64,000 bases of DNA from the IMG/VR virus record IMGVR_UViG_3300012211_000002, one strand, 5' to 3'. Shown piece after piece: positions 1 to 9,775 of this stretch (position 1 is its first letter; every line of letters begins with the position of its first letter). Made by a program: the position numbers and the translations under genes. The stretch comes from a virus. The notes under the pieces are model-generated. The model was not told the origin of the DNA, did no database searches, and saw only the letters and a list, made by a program, of their open reading frames with translations.

Positions 1-1278
1 AATGCCTTCGTAAAACTGCCTCGTACGCTCTATCGTTTCGTTTCTATCCGCCGACATTCTCATGCCCATACCCATGCTACTACCACCACCCATACCCGCA
101 TTACTTCCACCGCCACCACCAAAACCTCCCATGCCAGCTCCCTGAGAGGCTGCCCCACCCGCTTTACCAACCGCTGCCGCTGTGATAATCGCTAACTGAC
201 CCATTGTCAACTTGCCCCAACCACCCGGCAAGGGAGGGCCTATCTGCATTCTGTCTCGAATTTCATCCGGCGTAATGGCGTTGGTAGAATACAGCTGCTT
301 CGTCAACATTACCTGCACCATTTCATCCGGGTCTTCCAGGCCAACAAACTCAAATTTCAACTCCTTCCACCCCAGAGTTCTGTGCAAAATCAATCTGGTA
401 ATGGATTCTTCTATCTTCCTGGCTGCCGGGACTACTGCGCTATTGAAGTCCGCCTCGGCCATAACGGTCGCTGTCGATCTATTCGTCTGCCGCTCCAATC
501 CCAATGCCATCGGAGACAGTTCAAAGGCCGCCGCCATGATCCGAATCAAAAACTCTTGCCACTCCAACAGCAAATCTTGTGGGGTCACCGGATTCACTTC
601 TACTACATCCGGCTTGGGCAGCCCCGCCATCAAACTGACTTTGGCTTGCCCCTCCGCCTCATTCTGAATGTGCCTTCTCACCGTCTCCATATGGCCCGGG
701 GGAACATTCGTCGCCCACCACAACCAGGTCTTGTGAATCTGGTCGGCACCAGCCCTTGCGGACATATCTTGAGCACCGAGAAAAGCATTGGCAGTGAGAA
801 AGGCGCACTCCATTCTTCCGAAACCAAATGGAGTGCTGCTCCTCACATTGTCCCTCATGTATACCAGCTCATCATCCAAAAAACTGATAATGCCGCGCTC
901 CCCCTTTAGTCCTGTCAACTGGGCGTAATGTGGGCGATCCGGAGTCGCCTCCGACCAGTCTGCATAGATCCTCACAGTCGATCCGTCTACAGGCCACATT
1001 TTTATCGGCCTTCTGTAGTCTGGGGTAATCTGGGGCTCGATCGTTCCATAGCCACCAATCAGAAAATCTTCTATGACTGCTTCCATCAACGTCCGCCACG
1101 AGTCTGTCAGATTCGGATGATTTAGGCAATCCTCTGCTACCTTTACTTTCTTCAGCAACTCTGGATCTCCATCGTCATAATCATCTGAGATCGACACCCG
1201 CCACTTCAGACTAAGAATTGCATTCTTGACTATGTTCAGAGCACGCCTAGGGATAGGAGTTTCTGTAAATCTCCGGAG
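1..1278 (-). CDS. Phage portal protein, main body (3' end beyond window edge; absent from ORF track)
   Basis: Manual translation gives 426 codons with no stop from 1278 to 1: LRRFTETPIPRRALNIVKNAILSLKWRV...DFLIGGYG...WPVDGSTVRI...PFGFGRME...FLIRIMAAAFELSPMALG...AITPDEIR, HK97-type portal motifs, then a Gly/Met/Ser-rich linker. Confidence 0.9.
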
Positions 1279-1283
1279 TCAAA

Positions 1284-1437
1284 GGTTGTAGGGCGTGTTC
1301 TTCAAAATTGGCTGGTTGGACGTCTTAACCGGTGTAGGCTATTGCCACACCAGCACGCTGGACCTGTGCCGTGATTCGTGGCGCCTACACCAGTTTTACG
1401 CCTCCCCAACTGCTTTTGAAGAGCACGCTCTACAACC
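1284..1437 (-). repeat. Imperfect inverted repeat (55/56-nt arms) spanning the intein C-terminal junction
   Basis: Arms 1383-1437 and 1284-1339 are reverse complements; outer 24 bp pair 22/24, inner 13 bp pair fully with one G-U; extra inner helix GCCAC/GTGGC leaves a 4-nt AATA bulge (1340-1343). Confidence 0.95.
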
Positions 1438-2873
1438 AGTGCCCTCCTTATGCTGCTAGAGTAAACTCGCCTAACGTAAACTGTGCCGTTTGGAACTGAC
1501 GGGCAATAAACGTAACCTTTGTATTGCTCCACTTCTGGTCTGCTAACGCTTGCAAAAGACTTCCTGTGAACTCGAATTACATACGTAGGCGCTGATGGCC
1601 GACCAACATCCGCTGTAGTACCTTTTCTATTCTTTTGAGATATGGAGGCTGAACCACCGGTCTTCTGCGCAAGCTCAAGGATATCTTCCGCTAACTTTTT
1701 ACTAGCCGTACCACCTTCTTGAAAGGGACCCGCTCCTGTTCTAAAGTAGTAAACATTGCCATCTCCCATCCAATACCACTTCAACAAAATCTTAAGATAC
1801 TTCGGTGGAAGTTCTTTCACCCATTCTGGGATGTACTTCGTATGACTATTTCCAAGAGGACTTAGCTCTTGCCACAGGGATTTAACGCCACATGCCCAAC
1901 CATGCCCATCTTTCGAAAAAGAGAATGGTAGCTTAGCCAAAAGCTTCTCGATCTCTTTATAATGTATGCTACTCGACTTCTGTGAAATTCTCACACGATA
2001 CTTCGTACTACTGCTGGGAATTCCTGTAGGCAAGCTCACTAAGGCTTGCTGGTCCGCACTGGCTGCCATTGCTTGAACGAATAAGGATCTTTTATCCTTA
2101 TAATCATGCTTTCGCATGCCATAGTGAGCTCCCTCTGTTGACCCTTCTGCCAAAAATAGGCCTAAAAAAGCAACCCAATCTTCCAGTGGAACTTCATAGG
2201 ATTTCAAATTATGAGCGAACTTTGGAATCGTTTTTGGCTTGATGGGAACTTTCGTCCCGAAAGAAGGCAATTTCCCCACCCAGTTAGAAGTCAGAGGGAT
2301 TTCAAAACGTTCGTGAGATGTAGACCAGTCTTTCGTATCTCCTAAATCAAGCAGCTTATCTGCTCTAACAAAGCCAACTTCTCCAAAAGAGTCTTTACCT
2401 CCTCTAACAACTTTACGCCCTAGCATTCTATGATTCGGAGTTACCATCAAATCCACACCCAAATTCTTAAAATGTAGAACTGGACCTTCATAGTAAGACT
2501 TTGAAATTCTAGTCGCTTGCTGCCATTGAAACTCTCCTTTGTCACTCCTCGTGGCAAACCAATCTTCCTTCTTCATCTCCTCAACTGGAATCCAACCATG
2601 TTGTTTTGTTAGTATTAGTGTTGATTTAGTATAACATTCAGGCACGTATGGGAACGCCCAACTGCGGCGACCAATTATCGGAAACTGACCGGCCTTCACC
2701 GCTTGGATTTCTTTCGCCTGCTCCGACTTCTTCTGCACCCACATGTTCACAGGAGTCTGTGCCAGCTCCTGAGCATGGATCATCTGCAAAGATTTCACAA
2801 CTTCCCGTGCTCTAAAATAACGAAAGACCCTTGCTTGAATTTGGTTATGCAACCGAAGTAGGAATGCCCACAT
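1302..2873 (-). CDS. Portal N-terminal segment fused to a LAGLIDADG intein; ORF stops 12 codons after the intein end
   Basis: N-extein ...GRRSWAFPYVPE followed by intein motifs; portal-like sequence resumes in another frame (PTPVKTSNQPILKNTPYNL*LRRFTETP). Confidence 0.8.
   Translation of the reverse strand: MWAFLLRLHNQIQARVFRYFRAREVVKSLQMIHAQELAQTPVNMWVQKKSEQAKEIQAVKAGQFPIIGRRSWAFPYVPECYTKSTLILTKQHGWIPVEEMKKEDWFATRSDKGEFQWQQATRISKSYYEGPVLHFKNLGVDLMVTPNHRMLGRKVVRGGKDSFGEVGFVRADKLLDLGDTKDWSTSHERFEIPLTSNWVGKLPSFGTKVPIKPKTIPKFAHNLKSYEVPLEDWVAFLGLFLAEGSTEGAHYGMRKHDYKDKRSLFVQAMAASADQQALVSLPTGIPSSSTKYRVRISQKSSSIHYKEIEKLLAKLPFSFSKDGHGWACGVKSLWQELSPLGNSHTKYIPEWVKELPPKYLKILLKWYWMGDGNVYYFRTGAGPFQEGGTASKKLAEDILELAQKTGGSASISQKNRKGTTADVGRPSAPTYVIRVHRKSFASVSRPEVEQYKGYVYCPSVPNGTVYVRRVYSSSIRRALVVERALQKQLGRRKTGVGATNHGTGPACWCGNSLHRLRRPTSQF
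1341..2636 (-). mobile_element. Intein with LAGLIDADG homing endonuclease (432 aa)
   Basis: Block A CYTKSTLILT, block B VTPNHRM, LAGLIDADG motifs FLGLFLAEG and YWMGDG, block F VYCPSVPNGTVYVRR, block G CWCGN followed by Ser. Confidence 0.9.
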
Positions 2874-2880
2874 GGGCCAA

Positions 2881-2909
2881 ATTATAGAGAAAAAAGAGAG
2901 AGGTCGTAA
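2881..2909 (-). promoter_or_regulatory. Putative promoter for the portal gene (possibly leaderless)
   Basis: TATAAT at 2886-2881, 7 nt before the ATG at 2873; weak -35 (TTACGA) at 17-nt spacing. Confidence 0.4.
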
Positions 2910-4547
2910 GATGTTGCCCTAGTTATCCAATTAGGCGGAAGCAGGCATACTTACATAAAATTTCTTATGCCGGGAGAATCGTGACTCAGAGAGGGCGATC
3001 TAATACGGAGAATGGGGACGAAAAGGCGGGCCAGGAACGATCTTTACTGTGGGGGTGTGTGGAAAGACCGGAAATTCGCCAACTTAGTGTAGTCCATTCA
3101 TTACAAAGAAGTTACTACAGATAAAGGAGAACCAACAACTAAAGCCTTTGGAATAAGTATGTTAGAAGGAATGTAAAACCAGGGAGAGGTACCACGGAAA
3201 GCCACGACTACTGCTCAGCGTAGAGTTGCCTTTTCATTTCTTCTACTAACACTTCTCTATCCACTGCTTCCTTTTCTTCAACCAATCTTCACACTCTGCC
3301 TTACCACGATCCCGGTCCATAAAGTATCTCGGCCAACCATCCGCTGAATCCAACCACAGCCGAATAGGATCTCCACCCAGCTTCGTCTTCACGTAAGCTA
3401 TCACACTGCCACGATCACAATAGCGAGGTCTCGGCTGCATTTGAATTACGCAATCCAACCCCTCTATCTCCTCATATCCATCTTTCTGAATCCAATGACT
3501 CATCACTCTACCTCCATTTCTTTTCTAATCCTAAATTTTACTTCCCAGTGTCTTCCCCGCGTAAACCCTTCTTTGTCCGCTGCCACGACTGGGGCGTCCA
3601 CTTCGCCTTGCTTGTAGAGGCGCGTAGTCATGATTTACCTTCGCGCAGATCATTAAGCACTTCTAAAAACAGGCCAAATGCCAAACCAGCAGCAACACTG
3701 TGCATCCAGAATCCAAAGCAGAATGCACCTAAAGGAACTGAAAGAAAGGCTCGCGTTCTAGCAGCTTTGCTTGGTTCGCTCATTTCATCTTCTCCAGTTT
3801 CACAATTACTAATCCCAATTTTCCCTTACAAAATTTATCACGAATAGCACCAAACATATCACTACCACGATATAAATAATTCTCATAGTTTCTCCAGTTC
3901 CGCACGGGCTTGGGCGAGCGAGGATTCTAGTTTAGCAACGTATCTATCAGCTAATTTCGATGGTGCGTGGTCGTCAAAACCATCTTTTATCTGTTCTTGC
4001 ATCCATCGAGCCACTTCTATTCGTGCCTCCGCTTCCTTCACCTTCACGTAAAGGTCGATCAGGGCCGCACTTGAGTCTATCTTCCAGCCGCCGAAAGTGG
4101 CTGCATCCCAATACCTTCTAGCAACAGCTTCAGCTAACTCTCGGCTCGTCTCTGGCGGCTTGGTCATTTGGGGCACTCCCTCCACGCTAGACCACAGAAT
4201 CCTTGAGTCACCAACATAACCCATATCTTCTGCATCGTTACCACTCATATCTACCCTCCGATTTCTTACTTGCCATACAATTTCCTGTGTCTGTCGTACT
4301 CCCGCACTGTCAAATACTTCCCTCGCAAATAGGTTCCCACGCAATCCAAAAACCACTTGTTGCAACCTTGTAAACCACCATTCTCTTCCAACATAGATGC
4401 TATCAACCACTCTGGCTCTGCCCGATTTCTTAAGCACTGTCTGCCATAAGCAAATGAAATCGGAGCGATGGAAGACGCTACTGCTACAGCACGTTCCTTC
4501 CTACATACTTCACAAGTCAAATCACCCATCCACATGTGAATCCTCCA

Positions 4548-5015
4548 CTAATTCCAATTTTGAAACATCTCCGAAGTATCCTTCTTTTCTTTCACCTGCT
4601 CAAACTGAATCTTTCCATTCACCTTCTTATAAATGCAAGTCAGCCCCCAAGCCTCTTCCCCCCGTACCCCCGTCCCCGCAAAAACCACAATCGCTTCTTC
4701 TGCTTTTGGATCTTTCACCAACTGACCAGGTATGTACTCGGCCACTAAAGCTTCCGCTTCTTCCTTAGTTTTAGCCGGCAGCATCTTCATGTAAGTATCA
4801 TTGATTGTGATACAAGCCAACGCTTTCTTCTCTCTCGCCAAGGCCGCCACTTGGCTATAAGCATCTTCTTTTTCTTCTTCGTTCTCAAAACACAATTCCA
4901 CCAATGACAACTCTGCTCCAACGATTATCACTACTGGGGTGAGATAGCCATCTTTAACCAAAAGCTCCTTGGCTTTCTCCATATACTCCCGAGCCATTTT
5001 TCTCAAGTCTAACAT
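4548..5015 (-). CDS. Hypothetical protein, paralog of 16350-16817
   Basis: Shared motifs L.KDG.L.P, KD.AY..(V/I)A..A(R/K)E.KA.ACI.INDxYMK, PG.L..DPKAEEAI. Confidence 0.75.
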   Translation of the reverse strand: MLDLRKMAREYMEKAKELLVKDGYLTPVVIIVGAELSLVELCFENEEEKEDAYSQVAALAREKKALACITINDTYMKMLPAKTKEEAEALVAEYIPGQLVKDPKAEEAIVVFAGTGVRGEEAWGLTCIYKKVNGKIQFEQVKEKKDTSEMFQNWN

Positions 5016-5981
5016 ACTTTTCTTTTCCTTTCTTTTCTTGTTCTAACTTCTTCCCATTACCTTTATGCGTGACGAGAAATCTTAAAGTAAGCTGCCCAAA
5101 TCTCACTTCTTAAACTACGGTTGTTCAACGTCGGTCCAAAGGTGTTCAAGGCCCTCGTCAGAGAGACTATGCGACCCTTTACCTTACTAAACTGATCTAT
5201 CGGATTACAACGTGCTAATCCGCCTCCACGAAAATTCCCATCTGGATTATGAGCGCAATCTTTCACTGCACACTTGCCCTCATGAAACACACAACTCGTT
5301 AGCCATTGCCCATAGACATCATGCTGATGACTGAAATGCGCCGAATACTGCTTTCCATCATTCAATTCTAAAAGCATGTCTCCTCCAATCTTATTCTTTA
5401 AAACTGTTACGGCAATCGACCAAGCCTGTCCAAAGCAATCATTTCTTCGATTTTAATAAGGGTTTCCCAAATCCAAACCAAATGGCACCATGCTTTAATC
5501 GCAAGATACAGTTGCAGAGCCACAAACATAAAAGAGACCACCACAGTAATAACTCCTCCAGAAAAATAGGCTATAACGCCTATCTGCAAAAGGCCAAAAA
5601 AGATGGAAATGAGAACATGATACCAAGTGATACAACGTAAATCCTGCAGTTTGCCGCGGATCTCGACTAATTCCGATCTAGCCCGCAATTCCAATTCAAC
5701 GACTATCAATGCAGCTCCCTTCTTCTATACTAAGCTCTAAATGAGTATCCTAAACGTCCCCATTCAACTTCATCTGCTTCGTCCTGAATGCCAAAGCTCT
5801 CCGCCTCAGGGACTCCGCTATCTCACCTCGAAAGCACTTACGTTTTATTCCATGCATTCTATTTGTGAATTCCAATGCACAAATGCCACATAATCTGAAA
5901 CAACCTGCTGAGGAAGTCAGCACGCTAACCAAATCACCTGGGTAATCTATCTTGCACTCTTCGCACTTCATAGACGCTCCT

Positions 5982-6359
5982 TCATTTATGACTAATAACT
6001 TTCACTGGCACTCCTGCCTTTCTAGCCCTCTCCACCATATCTTTCGTACCTTTGGAATGATCTAAGTCGTCATGGAAAGCCAGAATGAGCTCTGGCTTCC
6101 CCTCCTCCAACATCTGCTTGTTCCGGAGTGGGCCAGCCGCCTTTCCGTACTTCTCCCACAGTGCCGGAAAACCAGAATACTTGAGACCGAGTCTGCTCGA
6201 AACTTTCTTAGCAAGACTGTCCGCCCCCTCTGCTTCTCCCGAAATAATGAGTGAAATCTTGCCCGCGCCCGTGTTCCCTTCCAGATGCAGACGCAGGATA
6301 CTTTTCTCAATCAGCTCTTCGTCTGCCCAATTCCTGTCCCCGCAAACCAGAACTCTCAT
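5982..6359 (-). CDS. SLOG family (YspA/DUF2493-like) nucleotide-binding protein
   Basis: MRVLVCGDRNW...ISGEAEGADSLA...GKAAGPLRNKQML...SKGTKDMVERARKAGVPV. Confidence 0.85.
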   Translation of the reverse strand: MRVLVCGDRNWADEELIEKSILRLHLEGNTGAGKISLIISGEAEGADSLAKKVSSRLGLKYSGFPALWEKYGKAAGPLRNKQMLEEGKPELILAFHDDLDHSKGTKDMVERARKAGVPVKVISHK

Positions 6360-7208
6360 CGCTGGCCTCTTTTCACTAAGCTATCCAATCTAACTGCATC
6401 TGCCCATCTTTCAGAGCAAAGTTTGCATTGATGCGGGCCTTTATGGCCCTTTTTTCTAACACAGATGCAAGGGTCCGACGGAGGACTTTCAGATCTTTTT
6501 TCTCCACACTGTTCATTTAGCATGATCCCATCACCCCTCTAAAACAGCTCCATACTCAGCAAGATGTTCTTGCAATTCCTCTTCTGGTGAGGGCTTCCTC
6601 TGATCTTTCCAAGGCAAGTCCGAGCTGTCTGTGTAAAACGTTCCGCTCCAAAGCCTCTCACGTCTAATCCAAGGTGGACCTGCTTCGATATTTGGAGTTA
6701 TCTTCTCAATGACAGCTTGTGTGCAGTCACAAAGCTCATCTCCGCACCACCAAACGCGCCCTACGATTCTCTCTTCGCCCCAAGGCATACTGCTATCTCC
6801 TCAAAATTGAACCACCAGGGTACCATTCGCCTGCTTCTGAACCTGGTACTCCTCGGATTTCTTGGGCAAGCTAACCCCGATATACTGCAGCGCAACCTTT
6901 ACAGAGATCATTGGACTCTTCGCCATCGAATTCGAATACAGTAATTTCCTCTTTGCCCACGGCCCTTTTTTCCCATTCGTAGCCGGCTGTAGCTCCAGCT
7001 TCTTTTCTTCCGGGTACGGCCTGATAAAATAACTTACTGAGCGGTTCCCTACATCGAATAACAAATCCTCCGACAGACGTAAGTATCCACTCCTAAACAA
7101 AACTACGACTCCCTTGACATCCATCTCTTTTTTACTCTTCCTTTCCATTTCATTTTCTCCAGTCGACCCCACATAGCGTAAAAACCGTCACATCATCCTT
7201 TTAGGGTA

Positions 7209-7299
7209 GGGCGCTGTCGGCATCTCAGCCGAGGACGATCACAGGTTGGGGATTATCGCGTCACCCCTAGCCATTTCCGCTCTGCGCGGCTCAGCGCCC
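7209..7299 (-). ncRNA. Candidate structured ncRNA (four-way junction)
   Basis: Intergenic; closing stem GGGCGCTG/CAGCGCCC plus AGCC/GGCT, GGGG/CCCC and TCGGC/GCCGA stems. Confidence 0.4.
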
Positions 7300-7665
7300 A
7301 CAGCTTCCTCTTGCCCGCAGGCCAGTCACAGCCAGCCAAACAGCACCTTAATAACTGTCAGGTCAACTGCGATAAGCCATAGAACCACGATAAGGACTAC
7401 CACGATGAATTTCCCTGTCCAAATGGAATCCGTGCCACCCCAGCCGTACTTTTCCTTTTGGTGTCTTTCCCACTCAGGATCTCTATTGCTCCACTTCATA
7501 TCATCACCTCACAAATATGTTCTGTGGCCGTTCATTGCTGAGCGAAGGAGCTTGGAAGATAGACTCTGTTCCTACCACGACGCTTTCTGCTCCCATCACG
7601 CCGTACTCCCTACAGCCACAGAACTTTCCCGACCCACATGCTGGGCCGGTGTGGACTGGGAAACT

Positions 7666-8457
7666 CTAGGTCAAAGAGAGTGTGCCACCCTCTTCCGATA
7701 TTCCCCCCTTACGAATTTCTTCCGCCAAAGCATGTTGAGCTCTCTTGGGCTCAATTTCATGCTCTTTTTGCAAGTACTCAATCAGCTTGTTGCGAGTCCA
7801 ATCTTTGCCATTCTTGAGTGTCCCCCGAACCAAACGCTCTACTGCCACCTGCTGCTTACTAGTAACTTCCTCTTGCTCCTTACCGTTAACTTTAGAAGCC
7901 GCCTTCTTCTTAGCAGAAGTTTCCGCCGGAGCTTTTGCAACCGGGGCTTTCTTAGAGACTTTGCCTAGCTTGATCTGAATCGTTCCCTTCTCCTTGTCCA
8001 AAATTACTCCGTACAAACCTTTTTTCTCCCCCGTAGACTTGAGCGGACCAATTCCTCGCCAGCCATCTGCCAATTTGTAAGTCTTCCGAATGCCAATGAG
8101 AATAGGCTCCAACTTGTGAGGCTTCTCATCTTCCAAAGCCGAAGCCAAATCCCCCATCGGAGTTCCCTCTCGGAATACTCCCAAGATTTTCTCTTTCTTC
8201 TCCTTCTTCTCTGCGGATTTCTTTTCTTTAGTAGCCATCACACTCTCCTCCGTTTCAGTTTTTTCTTCTGGATTCAGAACGTGTGCCATATCTGTGCCCG
8301 TTGCGCAACTGCTACACCATGTTTCCTTCTTGCTGGCCCCCCTACCAATATACCGAACCGGTTCCATGATAGGCTTCAAACAGTTGTCACACTTCTCACT
8401 TGCGTACAGACCTTTTTCCCGCAAACGCTTTCTCTCTTCCTCCGTCGTTAGCGCCAT
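7666..8457 (-). CDS. Zn-finger and Lys/Ala-rich putative DNA-binding protein (paralog of 21081-21440)
   Basis: CxxC...CxxC at N-terminus; central G.FR.GT..GDLA.AL.D.K.HKL domain; KKAPVAKAP tail. Confidence 0.6.
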   Translation of the reverse strand: MALTTEEERKRLREKGLYASEKCDNCLKPIMEPVRYIGRGASKKETWCSSCATGTDMAHVLNPEEKTETEESVMATKEKKSAEKKEKKEKILGVFREGTPMGDLASALEDEKPHKLEPILIGIRKTYKLADGWRGIGPLKSTGEKKGLYGVILDKEKGTIQIKLGKVSKKAPVAKAPAETSAKKKAASKVNGKEQEEVTSKQQVAVERLVRGTLKNGKDWTRNKLIEYLQKEHEIEPKRAQHALAEEIRKGGISEEGGTLSLT

Positions 8458-8788
8458 CAGCACCTCCCTATGCTCCAATCTCCTTCCAGAAATTTCCAAT
8501 CGGTTGTGGATAAAGAACTTTTGTTCCCTTGCAATGATAAACCAGCTCGTCTCCTCCATCGGTAATTCTAACCTCACGACCCTGACTAGCCGCTTTTAGA
8601 GCTCGAACCATTGCTTCCATGCAAGTGATCTCCTCAGCCGGATACTTCAACGGAGGTTTTCTAAACCATTGCCCACCAGTGTGAAAGCCGTCCCGATCAT
8701 AGATATAAAGCCGAAACGGTCCTTCCCGTTCCTTGCTATACTGCAACTCCGTAAGGGTTACTCCGCCCATAACTTGCCTCCTCTCTGC

Positions 8789-9775
8789 TCAAGAAATCGC
8801 CGCCGTACCTTCCTCTTTAGAAACTTCCTCCACCTCCTTCTCAATCCCAACTATTACTTCTGCTGCTGAAACTACCTGGGTGCCCAAGGACCAGCCCACT
8901 TTGCTAACCTGGAGAACTGTACCGATTTCTTTTGAGCCAGCATCTAACTGAGTCGCATGGACGGCGTGATGTAAGGCTGGATTGAACTCCTCTCCCACTG
9001 AGGGCTCTATCAAACTGATTCCAATCTTACCGAGGGCATCTCCCAGCTGCTTTTGCAACATGCTGTACAATTGGTCTTGCACCCGATGAATTCCAGCCAA
9101 CCAGACCGTATTGAAAACCGGAAAGAGTTCCTCCACGAGCTTGATCTGATCCGCTTTGCGAAGGTTCTTTTCCTGCTGTAGCTTTGACTGCAAAGCCTCC
9201 GCCTCCAAAATCTGTTCCGTAATCGTTTTGGCGTAAGATTCCACCTTGCCTCTCAAGACCTGAAGCTCCACCCTCTCCTCCTCTCTTTTTGCCAACTTCT
9301 CTTCCAATCTTTTCCGAGCTGATTTCTCATCGTTCCAAAGGAGCTGTAAATTCTGAACGCTTGCCAAAGCTGAACGCAATCTATCTGCTATACTCTTGTG
9401 CTCAACATGATCTTCCACTCCCAGAAGATTGATCTGAATCCAAGCTTCTGCTGGCTCCTGCAAAGTTCTCTCCGGGACCGGGTCTGCCGGTCCCGGCTCT
9501 ATCTCCATAATCTCCCGCTTGAATAACAGAGCCACTTCCTTGCCTCTATAGGTCACCACTCCACATCTGCCACGAATATCCAAACCCTTGTAGGCAAAGC
9601 CGTCATGGCCCGCCAACTTGTGGGCCTCATCCCCTGTTCTTACAAACGAAGCTATGGAGGCTACCCTCTCCTTCTCAGCCCCACTAATCAAGTCCGATTG
9701 CAGAACTTTGTAAGTGGGTGTAGCCCCCACACGAGCCGCTTCTCGTCCTGCCTTCATTCTGTCGTAAAAGCCCAT
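8789..9775 (-). CDS. grpE: GrpE-like nucleotide exchange factor with N-terminal extension
   Basis: Coiled coil followed by ELFPVFNT...GISLIEPSVGEEFNPALHHAV...VSKVGWSLGTQVVSAAEVIV. Confidence 0.75.
   Translation of the reverse strand: MGFYDRMKAGREAARVGATPTYKVLQSDLISGAEKERVASIASFVRTGDEAHKLAGHDGFAYKGLDIRGRCGVVTYRGKEVALLFKREIMEIEPGPADPVPERTLQEPAEAWIQINLLGVEDHVEHKSIADRLRSALASVQNLQLLWNDEKSARKRLEEKLAKREEERVELQVLRGKVESYAKTITEQILEAEALQSKLQQEKNLRKADQIKLVEELFPVFNTVWLAGIHRVQDQLYSMLQKQLGDALGKIGISLIEPSVGEEFNPALHHAVHATQLDAGSKEIGTVLQVSKVGWSLGTQVVSAAEVIVGIEKEVEEVSKEEGTAAIS

Noticed and set aside
61-150. Gly/Met/Ser-rich low-complexity stretch in the portal C-terminal region
   Set aside because: Most simply a flexible linker to a fused domain beyond the window.
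212-1129. Track ORFs 212-667, 382-909, 872-1129 and 928-1125
   Set aside because: They are shadows of the unlisted portal frame (1278 to 1), which has clear family motifs. The same applies to most plus-strand ORFs in the track outside 26901-28645.
1279-1281. Alternative genetic code with TGA as a sense codon
   Set aside because: TGA is used as a stop in many ATGA gene overlaps (48531, 55989, 61046, 62026), and reassignment would not fix the frameshifts in portal or queD.
1278-1284. prfB-type +1 frameshift (CUU UGA C)
   Set aside because: The motif matches, but a +1 shift enters a frame that stops after about 15 codons rather than the portal frame.
1267-1307. 38-nt UUU-to-UUU bypass from the intein frame into the portal frame
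   Set aside because: Formally possible, but it would skip the portal-like KNTPYNLRR motif, so it is less plausible; not excluded without peptide data.
1336-2639. Classical group I or group II intron
   Set aside because: The interval is almost entirely intein-coding; I could not identify P3-P7 core elements or domain V/VI.
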